The position numbers and the translations under genes are program-made. Under the pieces are notes generated by a model that was given only the letters and a program-made list of their open reading frames with translations, was not told where the DNA came from and made no database searches. DNA of 64,000 nucleotides from contig AP026142.1 of the NCBI GenBank assembly GCA_030295235.1, positions 62,001 through 126,000 of the forward strand, read 5' to 3'. This DNA is from Fistulifera solaris (lineage: Eukaryota). This document shows positions 40,265-52,747 of the stretch, piece after piece (positions within the stretch are counted from its first letter, which is position 1; every line of letters begins with the position of its first letter).

Positions 40265-41559
40265 GTAGCGTAAAATAGTAAACAGCTGTACTATTTCAAA
40301 AAAAAGCTTTTCAGGTTCTATAGTCTGGCAAATAAATCTATAGTGACGCTGTATGATAAGCCAGTAGTATTCATTGAGCGTACGCCGTATCGAAACTGAA
40401 GACACGATAATAATTAATTGAGGATCCAAGCCCTCGGATGGAAGCCTGAATTGTGCCTTTAGTCATTTACTTCAAGCTGAGACAATTCATGAAGATGCGT
40501 GCAGCGTTGACGAGAAACTTTCAATCCTTACCTATACCGATCTGCTAAACCTTACCGTAGAATCCGACTGTTACGAAGCATGTTTCTTTGAGCCTGACTA
40601 TGTCACCTAGTCTTTGTTTGTTGTGCTAATTTTGACACGCTGCATCTGTCATTAAGGCATTGTAACTGTCTTCAGCAGCATGGGCAATTCACATTCAGAT
40701 GTTCTATGATCGTTCTATGATCAAAATCCTTAAGGACCGAAATATACACCCGAAGTGTAGGCTCAATTTGGCCAAGACTGCAAGCCAGTCGTGTTTTCGT
40801 TTAATTGCAATTGATGATTCTGTCGTCTATTATGCCTCTGTTGCCATTGCTATCTGTAATTTATTTGTGTTTGATGGTAATCATTCATTTCCTGTTACGT
40901 GCATTTGATGTTCCATAGTGAGAAGCTTGTTCGGTGACGCGTGATTTCAACCAAAATGCGGCAATGGACGCGCTGAGCGAACACGAACGATTTTGAAAAA
41001 AAAAGCTGTTTTCATCGTCTGCGGTGCAATACTTTCGAACGTGTCTTGAGAGTAGAGAGATGGAAAAGGTTCTCATGCTAAACTTTGTGATAGGAATGTT
41101 CTTGGCGGTTGAGTCCTCGCGCCTCTACTTTGTGCTAAGATTTTTCGCGATTAATAAGGGCGATGACCTTGTCGATTGTCGACACACTTAACGGATGGCA
41201 GCGTTCGATTTGAGTCAGTCACATGAAATGGAATGAATACTTCAAAGTCCCTGATAGATCTAGGAACTGCAATGATTTGTTTGGGTTTGTGGCGAGCAAC
41301 GCATAATATGTTCACATGATCATTTCATCGGTATTACAGTGCGATGATGCTTTTCGACACGCCTAAATCGAAAAAAGGTCCACTCTGTTCATGCGATACG
41401 ATTGTTCTCAAAGGGGTCAGATTGGTGTCACCTGTTTTTTTGATGACACAAATTACGAATAATCATCAAGATTCGGACATTATCAGCGATTGATTTCGAC
41501 GCAACAACACAAAATTATGTTTTCCAAAACGCAGCTGGATCGACGAAGGAAGGCGAAGA

Positions 41560-41813
41560 GTGAGAGCTGCTTACCTCGCATTATAAACTATATCCCCACA
41601 ATTTTAAAAACTATCTGCTTCGCAAGTGAATTCTGGAAGTTGAATCATACGCCATCATCACTTACTATCCCGATAACGTATGATGATGTCAAGGCATTTG
41701 GAAAAAGTGTAGATTTGCTTCGTGAGCGCTTACTTGACAGGGGACTGCAGCTTGTCTCAATAAACGGAGACAGATTGGAGGCCCTCCTCGTTGTCAAAGT
41801 AGCAAGCAAATAG
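41560..41813 (+). pseudogene. C-terminal remnant of a BTB-family gene
   Basis: SVDLLRERLLDRGLQLV matches the family C-terminal domain; no BTB domain visible upstream. Confidence 0.55.
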
Positions 41814-42102
41814 TCCTGACCAAGACGAAGACTTGGCGGTGTTCGATAGCGATCATAGAAGTATAATTTGAAAGCGTTCGATGCGCACACCTTAAACTGT
41901 AATAGGATGCTTCTACGCTTAGTTTTACTTGAGTGACATTTTGCAGTCTCTAGAATTTGATTTGAACTCAGCACAACCGTTGTCACTCATAGTAGGATCT
42001 AATCACCCCGCTGGTTCGCCAAGCGTGCGAAGCAACGAATCACACAAGTGTTTGCTATCTCTAGAGTAGTAGCTCGTCATTCAAATCTATAATTACAAAT
42101 CT

Positions 42103-44034
42103 TTATGGCCCCCAATAGCTTCGATACTTCCATTCAAAACTTTCATTGAGACTCATGTCATTGTTGGCGCACTCCGCGTCTGCGCAAAGCACGCAACACG
42201 AACATTCCTCGGCATTGTTCACCAGTACGGAGGAAGCCGCATTTTGGCACATGAACTGCCAGTTTCCAGCAATCCCCGTGTCTAATAAAAAGGCTTGCTT
42301 CAGATTCGTTAGAGATTGGAACGACGCCGGCAACGGCCCCGTGATTTGGGCATTGTGACTCAAAAGAGATATTCGAGTTGGGGCAGTTCACCCCAGGACT
42401 CGGGTATTCCGCCCGTGAAATTGTTGCGACTCAAGTCCAATAGCTCCAATCGCGTCCAATTCTGTCCCAACCAGGCCGGCAAGTCGCCCGTTCGGTCACT
42501 ACCACCGATATGAAACGCAACCATATTACTCAAAGCAGCCCAGTCGTCGGGAATGGGTCCCGCCGTAAACGGATTGTCATTGAGGAACAACGATCGTAGA
42601 CTCGTCGACAACGTCGGTGGCAACGGTCCTGTCAAACGATTGTGATGCACAATCAGATGCGTCAATGCTGTTAAATTCGAAATGGCGGGAGGAAGAATTC
42701 CTTCGATATCATTGCTATGAATCGACAAAAACGCAATTTGTCATTGTAGGGAATACTCCATGTCAATTTTCCCGAAATGGCATTGTCACCCAGGGACAAG
42801 ACTTCCAAGTTGGGAGCGTGATACAGCAGCTGGTGCGGAAATGCCCCACCCAATTGTTGATTCCCCATGAGATCCAACAAAACCAATTGCTCCGCGAGAT
42901 GATCAAACGCCAATTCAATATCACCGTAAAATCGATTTTCTCGGGCCGATATAATTTTCAAATAAGACATACTGGCCACCAAAGACGGTAAATCTTGTGC
43001 AAAGTCGTTCGTATTAAGATACAATTCGGTCAGATTCGCCATTATAGGTAACGCTCCCGTCATTTGATTGAAATTGAGATTGAGGATTTGGAGTTGTGTT
43101 AGAGAAGAAAAACACGACGGCACTGTACCGTTGATTTGATTCGAATGCATATTGAAGAAATGGAGTTCGGTCAGACGACACAACTCGGTGGGCAAGGAAC
43201 CCTGTAAAGCATTTTGACCCAACGAGACATGTTGTAGCGTCGTTAGCCAACCCAATTCGGTCGGCAATTGTCCCGATAATCCCAAATTGTCTGTAGATGC
43301 GATAGATGAGAGATTTTGTGTCGTAGCAGAAGCCTCTTTGTTGTGATTATTGTACCTACCGAAATGGAGAGCAATGGGAACGCTTTGGGCATCGCATTCG
43401 ATGCCAGGTTGACCATCTTTGGAAAACCAGTCACACACGGACGAATCAAACGAAAAGAGAGGTCCCCCTAATGTCAAAAAGGTCAACATGAGAACATAAC
43501 GGACCAAAAAGGATAAGAACCGAGTTCGGTCGCTCCCGGGTGCACCGCCATCCAGTGCAAAGCTTCGTAATGCGGAGAACCGGCTTGTTGTAAGGCAGTC
43601 TCAGACGATATTTGATTCTCTATCAAATATTGATAAATGGCGTTGACTTGTTCGTCGTACGCATTCATTGTAGGCTCATTCGCTTCCTCACTCGTTGATG
43701 GCATCCTGACGAGACTAACGACGAGAACCGTCGTCAAGAAAATCAACCCCATCCAAAGCAAACAAAAGGCTTTCGGACACGCGGTACGCTTTCGTCGCAA
43801 CGCATCAAGTCGCACAATTCCGTCGAGTCCTTGATTGAGATGCAATTCCCCAAATTCGTCGGGAATCGCTTCATCTTCATCGTCATCGTTGCCGTGCAAA
43901 CGCCGTTTGACGGTCCAGACATTGCCGTGTGCGTGCTCCAATTCGCAAGTATCTTCCGCAAAAGCTGTGGAAGAGAAATTAATGTCTTCAAACGTGGTAG
44001 AAGGTGGTGGTGGTGGTGGTGATTCGGGAATCAT
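42103..44034 (-). CDS. Type II membrane leucine-rich repeat protein; intron 43291-43359 and several frameshifts
   Basis: TM helix FCLLWMGLIFLTTVLVVSLV, SPHYEALHWM, plant-type LRRs (LSGQLPTELG, NALQGSLP, NRLTGPLP, NNFTGGIP); no kinase domain. Confidence 0.88.
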
Positions 44035-45851
44035 GATGGTGTCGTTGTGAGAGAAAAAGGAAAGTGTTTCATTCTGTTATACGAATGTAGACCCGTAAAA
44101 GCCCTCGATCTGTGTTTCTCATGTTTGTTGTTGGAGACGAAAATAACATTAAATAATGCGGAGAGTGCGGAGGAATGTGTGTTGGTTTCGCATTTAGGAT
44201 GCTGGCACGCCGGCAGGGCTGCCGGCTTATTTATTACTATGGAAGAGAAAGCAGGAGAAATGGATTCAGAATTAAATGAGTTAAATTCTGCCTCCAAGAT
44301 CCAACAACTCCGAATGCAGAATATTGAGTACCGGTACACTCCCAACGCAGTCAAGTCCATTGAATGGATCTTTTCATTCCCGAATGGAAATAAGATACGG
44401 CACTCAAGATCCTCTTCATTGAGACGTTTTCGACACGATACCAGTAAGCAAGTTAATTGCTATGTGCGGATTGCGGATGCACCATGACAGCCATTCAATT
44501 TATATGGTGCACGCCATGATTGAATAGGAGAGACCTGGTAATCAGAAGGGACCGTGAAAAGTGGACCGCCCGAAAGGAACGAAAGTCCACGGGCGCTTTT
44601 CATGTTTGCAATTATCATATTTATGTATATGTGTAGACCGAATGGGTGATTATCATGGATGAACTCTTCGGCAGTTTGCAAAATAGGGATTGAATTTTAT
44701 TTAATCATCGGGTGTGACATGCTATAACAATTTTGATTCTTAACGCCTACGTAGCGAACCAAATACGATTGCGACAATGTTAGCATTTCTCATTACCTGG
44801 TCTCATCATCGGTGTCACGAAGTTCACCATCATTACAGTGATGATCTTGATTCCATCGACAATGACGAGGCATTGTCAACCATCTCCTTTTCTATCTTCA
44901 TAGCAAATGTTCCATTCTTCACTACCATTAACAATCTACGAAGATGTTCAATAGCTTTGCCGTTGGAGTTGCGCTTGCTTTTATGTCAGTCCAAACATGA
45001 ATTGATCCACTGCTTCAAGTGCATGGTTTGTGAATTGTGAATTCACCTTGTCGACGCGTCATTGGAATAATGAAAGCCAAAATTTCAACGGCGAATCAAA
45101 ATTGGATACGAGCGGAATCGGGTTCTTGTGTTGTGAGAAGAAAAAAGAACCCCTGGGGCAACATAACAAGCCAAAGGTCTAACCAAAGATCATAACACCA
45201 GAAACCAAGGTTGACACATGCGACGATACCCTAGTCGAAGATGTGAAGCATGCGTTAAGAGACGAACCCAATACGGGGACGCATACACTGAAACGTGGAA
45301 TCGAGGTTATGCCTGTCCGGAATCACGAACAGCTCCTCTATGCTAAAAGCGTCTGAATGCCCGTGATCTTCAATTCTGCAACAATCTTACGCGGCATGAT
45401 GACGTCAAACTAGGGATTGATTTACTACTACTAGAACAAAAAACGTTTCAAGCCAAGCGGAAATGCCGCGTTTGCGTAATTTCGTATGGGGCCTTTCCTT
45501 CTTTGAAACAACAATTAATCACTAATATTTGTTCCTAATTTCCTAAAGTCAGAATGTAATTTTGACATTCGACTGAAATTTCCAATTTTTGTTTTTTTTG
45601 TCACAAATATATTAATCTGGCACTTCGCTGACGTGTCGAAAGGAAAGGCCACGCCAATTGTACTCCGTTATGGAAAGCCTTCGCTTGCTCGCATAATTTT
45701 GTGCGTGGCTTAGTTCTTGGTTCGAGAAAGGCCACGCGATTGGCGTAACACGGCAACTGTGACTGCCACGTTACCCGATGTTGTGTGTCACGTGAAACGT
45801 CACTTAGATCGCGCAGAAAGAAGTCAACCGGTACTCGAAAGTGTTTATCAG

Positions 45852-46336
45852 TGTTAAAATCTCCGCGGTCTTCTGTCTTCTTCTCTCTCACCACCGGAAC
45901 TCGATCCCTGGTGAGACGCTCTATGAAACCTAACTTGTTCCAAACTCTCTGTCTACAGATTATAATCTAAAACTAAACTCTCTTGTTCGACGCAATCCTC
46001 CAACAATCCTGGTAATTAGTCCTCTCAAATAATTTCCCCTGACCTTCTACTATATTGCCGTCAATCCTAGTCAATCCCATCTCCTTAGAAAATCCGTATC
46101 CTCCATAAGCCATCACCTCCGAAATCTCCACATTCGGACTGATGCTCCAATTATTCCAATCCTTCATGCGACCTGGGAAAACCTCCGTTCCACGATTCCC
46201 TACAGAGTAAAACCCAGTCGCCCCACTTCACCTCCGCAATCACCCGCGACATCTTTTGTGCGTCCGGCTGTGCTCACGTCATCTTTGCACCAGTCCGACA
46301 CACCATCATGTCGCATAGGGGCGTCATGCTTTGACA
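45852..46336 (-). repeat. 3' LTR (485 bp)
   Basis: Differs from the 5' LTR only by three single-base indels in C/G runs. Confidence 0.97.
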
Positions 46337-49300
46337 TCCTCCCTGTCGGCTGCCAAGATGGCTCTAATGAACTCTCTCATTAGTCCCTCACGCACAATGG
46401 GAGCCAACCTATCATGAACCTTCTCCGTCCACGTTCTTGGTCGCAATATCTGCAATGTTGTTCTCTGACTTGACAAACTTAACAACCAATCTCGGGTCCA
46501 TGTTTCCTTCCTTCGACATCATCTCTCTGATATGATGCATCCTGATATCAATGTGCTTAGTTCTGTTGCCAACCACTTGGTTCTCCATAAGGAAGATCGC
46601 TGCCGGTGTTATCTTCAAGCAACACACCCGGCCGAGTCAACTCCTTTGGAAACAACTCCTCAAACAACATCTGCAGAAACTTGATATCCGTTGCACGTAG
46701 ACGCCGCATAATACTCTGCTTCAGTGCTGGACAAAGTCACTGACGGCTGCAACTTGCTCGAAAACACGCAAAGTCCACCGCCCACCGTAACAAAAAAATC
46801 CAGTCACACTCTTTCTCGTCTCTTTATTCGTAGCAAAGTTCGAATCCACCCAGGCATATACCTTTAGGTTTAACGGCTCTCGCAACTTCAAGTGCACGTC
46901 AGTACTTGCCAAATAGCCTACCAAACGCTTCATGGCCTTCCAATGCTCCTTCCCAGGCTTATCCATGAACATTGCCAACTCGCGCGTCGCGTTGCTACAC
47001 TCTGGTGCTACCTTTCTGACCATCCACATGATGCGACCCAGAAACTTCCTGTACACTTCGAGGTCAATCGGTTCGTCTTCACTCTTAACCAGTGACTCAT
47101 TTGGATAACCGGGCGTCTTCTCCACTTTCAACTCGCCGTACAGTGCCTTCCAGTCTTTGACAATCGCCTTCTTGTAGTCATCCATCCTTACTTCATAATA
47201 CTCTCCTGCAGCATCGCACTTTCGCTCGTACCAAACTCCAAGATGCTTCTTGATTGGTCCCAACTCAGCGATATTGAACCGTTTCTTGATCTGGGTCTTG
47301 AACCACTCCACTTGTTCTTTTGGCCCAGCCACAATGCAGTCATCAACATAAACCACAATGATCAAAACAGTCTCCCCATTCTCTTCTTTGTACCAAACAC
47401 ACGGATCTGCTGCGCACTGCTTGAGTCCCAGTTTCTCCAACTCGCTGCCATACAGCAAATAGTACTGTCGAGGCGACTGAACCAGACCGTACATCGCTCT
47501 ATCCAACAATATCACATACTCGCGTGCTTCTTCCTCTGTGATGTAGCCAAATTCAACCAATCCATAAGGCCACTCCAGGTACACTTCTTCATCAAGACCC
47601 GCTTCCAAAAATGCCGGCTTCAACATCTATCAACTCGGCAATCCACTTGTCCTTTCTCTTATACAACACAACCAATAGGACCATTCGAACCGAAGTGTCC
47701 GAGGCCACTGGTGAGTGCGACAAGTTGAAATCCACGCCAGGAATCTGCACAAAACCTCGTGCAGGCGCGTGCCTTGAACCTTAAGCCCGTGACTTCATTC
47801 TTCTTCTTGAAAATCCACTTGAGCTCACAGGTTTTCTCCCTTTTGCTTTCATCTTCTTGCGTAGCTCTTTCTTCCAAGCCTTTCTCTTCAAGAAGTTCTC
47901 TATCTCCTTCATCAAAGCTGCCTTCCACTCAACAGCTTCCTTTCCACTCAATGCTTCCTTTACGGTTTCGGGTTCCCCCGGATCTGACATCAGCTCTGCA
48001 TTCAACACAAACTGCTTTGCATCATCGATCCCTCCACCCACATACTGATCATTCTTCAAGTCTTCAAAATTCATGCTCAGGATCATGTTGACCGCTTCAT
48101 TAAAAGCTTCTTCACCATCGGGGTTCGCTACATTGTATGACGTCCGGCCGTGCCAGCTCACGCACCAATCTTCCTCGCCGAGTCGCTACTGGAGCACTAT
48201 CCTTCGCACTTTCTGTCTCTTCGGCGACTTCCGGCTCCACATACTCTTTCCTCCCTGCTTCAGTAGGGACCTGAGCGACTTCCTCCCCAATCTGATCATC
48301 CGTGGTGTCGATGTCCATATCGGTGGCAAACATCCTTAACTCTTTCAGCGACCGAACCACTCGATCCGTGCCAGTCTGCCCATGTGACATCACGCTGAAG
48401 AACCACCGTCTCCGACTCAGGCTTGAACACCCGATCATTATCACCCGAATGAAGGTCTGCATATCCAACCATGACCACCTGCACCGATTTCTTCGACAGC
48501 TTTGGCTGCTGGTCTCGAATAGTCATGTATCCAACTCGACCCCATTGCACCAAGTGCTGCAAGAAGTTTGGCTGACTGCCATACCACAAGAGATCCGGAC
48601 TCTCTTTCATGTTCCGGTTCGGCACAGCATTATCCAACCTTGTGGCAGAGTTCACCGCTTCAGGCCACAACTTCCCTTGGTGCTCATCAGTGAGCTTTGC
48701 CGCCAGCATCATAGCCACGGCCTTGTCTCGAATCGTCACAAACTTCCTTTCTGCAACGCCATTCATCTCGCGGTGTGCGAGCGGTAAATTCCATAGTAAT
48801 TCCTTTCTTTTCACACATTTCTTTCATCTTGTCGTTTCGCCTGCATTGTCACATCGAACGAACTTGACCTCCACACCACAACCACTCAGCTTATCAAGGA
48901 ACTTCTCCATCACATCCTTGATCTTCGACTTCTTGTCAACAAAGAAACTCCATGCCTTGCGCGTTAAATCATCCACCACCAGGATCCAATACGAGTTCTT
49001 CGCCAACGACATTTTGTACGGGCCACTTGTATCCACAAACAAGCTCGCCTTTCTTTGTCGCCTTCACAAGCGTTGATTTGCACACTGCCTTTGCTTTCGC
49101 TTCGCGTATGCACAAGCCTCACACGTTTTCTTCTCTCCCGTGAGCACGATACCAAGCTGCTTCGACACCTCCTTCAATGGAGTATTGCTTGCATGTCCGT
49201 ATTTCTCGTGCGCCCTCGTTGATATCCAGTTTCGACGTACTTTCCACCGCATCGACACCTTCACTGACTGGCGTCGCCTCTAAGTAGTAAAGCGTCCCGT

Positions 49301-50578
49301 TCCTCCTTGGGATCTTAACAGAATGCTTTCCACTGGCATCCGTAATTGTCATAACACCATTTGACATCTCAATCTTATTGCCTTGTTTTTCCAACGAGCC
49401 GGTACTGATAATGTTCTTCGCAAACGTGGGTGCCACTCGAACATTTAGTAGCTTCACTAACCCACTCTCAGTACGCAACGTCAATGTCCCAGACTTGACT
49501 GTCGTCACCTCCTTTCCGTTTCCGACAATCAACACATCTCTTTTATCTTGGACATCGGTCAACATCGTCTCATCAACAACAACGTGACACGTCGCACCAC
49601 TGTCGAGCAAAAACTTTTCTTCCGTTCCAGTCGACCCAACAAATTTTCCTTCGCCTTGATTGACTTCACAGCAAAAACTCATTCCAACGAACATTCCCAA
49701 GTCTTTCTTGTCATCATCTTTCTTGTCTGTTTTATCAGGACATTCATTTGCCTTGTGGCCTTCCTTGCCACAGTTGTAACAGACCAACTTTTTCTCTTTC
49801 TTGCACTCAAATGCCTTGTGGCCGATCTCGCCACAGTTTCGACAACGTCCCTTGAACTTCTTCTTTGCTCCTTTCTTCTTGTTGCCGCCGTTTTCCACAT
49901 TCAATGCATGGTTTTTCTCTTTCTTTTCAGCTTCCTCGTCATGGGCTTGAAATCACGCTTCCATTTGTTTCGAATTTCTTCCTCGATTGCGAACACGTCG
50001 TAGTCGGCGAGTTTTCCACTCAACTTTGTCAGCAAATCGCCGTACTCCTTTGGTAAGTTTCCGGTGTAATGCGCCTTCAACTCAACTTCCGACTTCCGAT
50101 GTTCTCTCCCAATAGCCGCCAGCCTGTTGTTCAATCGATCCGTTTCCATGAACCACTTGTCAGGATCGTCTTCTTTCTTTGCCAACTTGCAACGACTGAA
50201 CGCAGCCAACGCCTCCGCCAAATCCTCTTCCGAGTTTCTTGCATACTTCCGATCGAGATACTTGAATGCCAATCTTGCATCCCCATCAGCTCTCATCACC
50301 AACCCGAAGCGGAACTTCCTCGCGACGCGATCACAAGCTGCTCAAACACCTCCTGATTGTGCTTGACCAACAACTTGTTCTCCTTCGATACTTTCTCCGC
50401 TTCCATCTCTTCCTTGGTCGGGATCTTGACCATCACATTTTCGATCACATCCGCCCAACCTCGTTTTCTTGAAGTACGCCATCGTCTTGTAACGCCAACC
50501 ATCGTAACCCGTGTCAGCGATCTTGTCGTTCAACGGATAGTAACGCAAAGTAGCAATCTTATCACCTTCGTCACTCAT
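46324..50578 (-). CDS. Copia gag-pol polyprotein (many frameshifts)
   Basis: Two CCHC knuckles (CRNCGEIGHKAFEC, CYNCGKEGHKANEC), protease LLDSGATCH, integrase VDTSG/RCDNAGE/NGVAER, RT YVDD, RNase H ADIATK. Confidence 0.93.
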
Positions 50579-50648
50579 CTTTCTTCGTAGCTTCTAGCTG
50601 CTTGCTTCTAGCCCTTTTGGTTAACACTTAACACCACGCTTTAAAGCG

Positions 50649-51130
50649 TGTTAAAATCTCCGCGGTCTTCTGTCTTCTTCTCTCTCACCACCGGAACTCG
50701 ATCCCTGGTGAGACGCTCTATGAAACCTAACTTGTTCCAAACTCTCTGTCTACAGATTATAATCTAAAACTAAACTCTCTTGTTCGACGCAATCCTCCAA
50801 CAATCCTGGTAATTAGTCCTCTCAAATAATTTCCCCTGACCTTCTACTATATTGCCGTCAATCCTAGTCAATCCCATCTCCTTAGAAAATCCGTATCCTC
50901 CATAAGCCATCACCTCCGAAATCTCCACATTCGGACTGATGCTCCAATTATTCCAATCCTTCATGCGACCTGGGAAAACCTCCGTTCCACGATTCCCTAC
51001 AGAGTAAAACCCAGTCGCCCACTTCACCTCCGCAATCACCCGCGACATCTTTTGTGCGTCCGCTGTGCTCACGTCATCTTTGCACCAGTCCGACACACCA
51101 TCATGTCGCATAGGGCGTCATGCTTTGACA
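50649..51130 (-). repeat. 5' LTR (482 bp)
   Basis: Direct repeat of 45852-46336. Confidence 0.97.
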
Positions 51131-51136
51131 TATCAG

Positions 51137-51310
51137 CACTAATTGTACCCATAAGGCTGCATACTACGTATCATCAACGTGTTTTGTAAAAGTCTTTCTC
51201 GATTATGACGTTTGGAAAGAAACGCCACGCAAATGTCGGAAGACAGTCACCCAAAATAATGACATTCGAAAGGAAAGAAACGATGATGGCAAAAGAGAAA
51301 CGCCACGTTA
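51137..51310 (+). repeat. BTB-associated module copy 7 (5' part apparently separated by the copia insertion)
   Basis: TGTACCC, AAGGCTGC, GAAACGCCACGC (51219), CCAAAATAATGAC, second GAAACGCCACGT (51297); CGGTACTC lies at 45829. Confidence 0.75.
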
Positions 51311-51737
51311 TCGCGGTACCAGTATCGGTATCGCGGTATCGCTGCTCGCAAAAGCTTATACTGTAAACAACCATGGTTGAGGCGAGCATTTTCACGGACT
51401 GAGCATTCATAATGATGTGAAATTATGCAGATTTGTGATAAGCATCTGCCACGAGAAAGGTGCTACGTTGCATTGTACTACCTCTATAGCACTTTCGTTA
51501 AAGAATAGGCCCGGTGAAAAGTGGATAGGGCAAGTTATAACGTCAAAATTGATCGCGGCGTTACGTTCTGCGCCGCTTTTCAAATTTTTTACCAATCGTG
51601 GGACGCTGTCGGAAACCATCCTCGACGAGCGACGAGACGGTTTTTAAACAACCTGTTCGCTGCTCATATGGACTCACTATTTTGGCAAACAACCTTATTA
51701 ATCACCCCGCTTCATTTCTCCTTTGTCTTCTTGAACG

Positions 51738-52457
51738 ATGACGGACGGTGTTTCACTTGTTCAGCAAGGTAACACCCTTAAAACCGACGCTCAGAAGCAA
51801 GCCGATGAGTTTGCTTCATCATCTACGACGAAACCACGAGTCAACGCACGGACCGATATCGTTCATTTGAATGTAGGAGGTACACGCTATGAAGTATCGC
51901 GAAGCACTTTGATGCACTACGAAGGATCGATGCTGGCCAGTCTTATTTCCGGCAAATGGAAAGAAGGAGAGGGCGATGTAGAAATCTTTATCGATCGCAA
52001 TGGTCGGCGTTTTGAATGGGTATTGGACTACTTACGATCGGATCGAGCCTATGTGCCCGATCTATCGGATCAATTGGCACTCAAAGAGGAGCTGGATTAT
52101 TTTGGTATCGCTGTCGATATGAGCAAAGTCTCCGTGACGGACGACTTTGTGACGATCAACGAGCTTAGTCAAGAGATCAAGGTACACAAAGCAACTATTG
52201 CGCAAAAAGAAAAGAGAATAGCCGCCATCAAGGAGTCGTACCGTTTGGCCGGTGAATTTGCTGATTACTCGGAAAATGAAAAGCTGAAAGTTCGTTTGAG
52301 TGTCAACAAGGACGTCGATACAAAGATGCTCCGTCGCTGCTTGTTATCTCGTGGATTGCACGTTCTACGATCCGGTAGCAAAGAATCCGGTGCGCCAACA
52401 TTATATTTATGCGTTGCCGGACAAAAAAGTAAATGTGTCACCAAGCTTACAAAGTAA
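51738..52457 (+). CDS. KCTD-type BTB/POZ protein with coiled coil
   Basis: VHLNVGGTRYEVSRSTL, FIDRNGRRFEWVLDYLR, VDTKMLRRCLLSRG. Confidence 0.9.
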   Translation: MTDGVSLVQQGNTLKTDAQKQADEFASSSTTKPRVNARTDIVHLNVGGTRYEVSRSTLMHYEGSMLASLISGKWKEGEGDVEIFIDRNGRRFEWVLDYLRSDRAYVPDLSDQLALKEELDYFGIAVDMSKVSVTDDFVTINELSQEIKVHKATIAQKEKRIAAIKESYRLAGEFADYSENEKLKVRLSVNKDVDTKMLRRCLLSRGLHVLRSGSKESGAPTLYLCVAGQKSKCVTKLTK

Positions 52458-52747
52458 AATCGACTTTTTTGCACGCAATATTGTGCCAGGTCAGCTTCTG
52501 CATTCTCCAAGACAAAGACACATCTGTAAGGCGTTTACTCCTGATGTAATCTTTGTATGATCTTCCGATTTGGGTAAGAAAATTCACGTCAAACCCCGTA
52601 TTCATCAGACAGCGAATCTCTGTTTGTCTCCGTGTTTCTATTAGTATGAAATTATTGATGATATGAAACTTAGAATTTGCGTTTTAATAATAGCCACTGT
52701 AGCAATTCGTGACAAACAAGGTTGAAACACAGATTTCTCCCAAAAAA

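Larger units (their letters stand above)
45852..51130 (-). mobile_element. Full-length Ty1/copia LTR retrotransposon
   Basis: TG...CA LTRs at both ends, TATCAG duplicated on both flanks, purine tract ACAGGGAGGA next to the 3' LTR, gag-PR-IN-RT-RH order. Confidence 0.97.

Noticed and set aside
45546..45574. Short hairpin AGTCAGAATGT...ACATTCGACT as a Helitron end or terminator
   Set aside because: Single occurrence, with no downstream CTRR end or Rep/helicase evidence.
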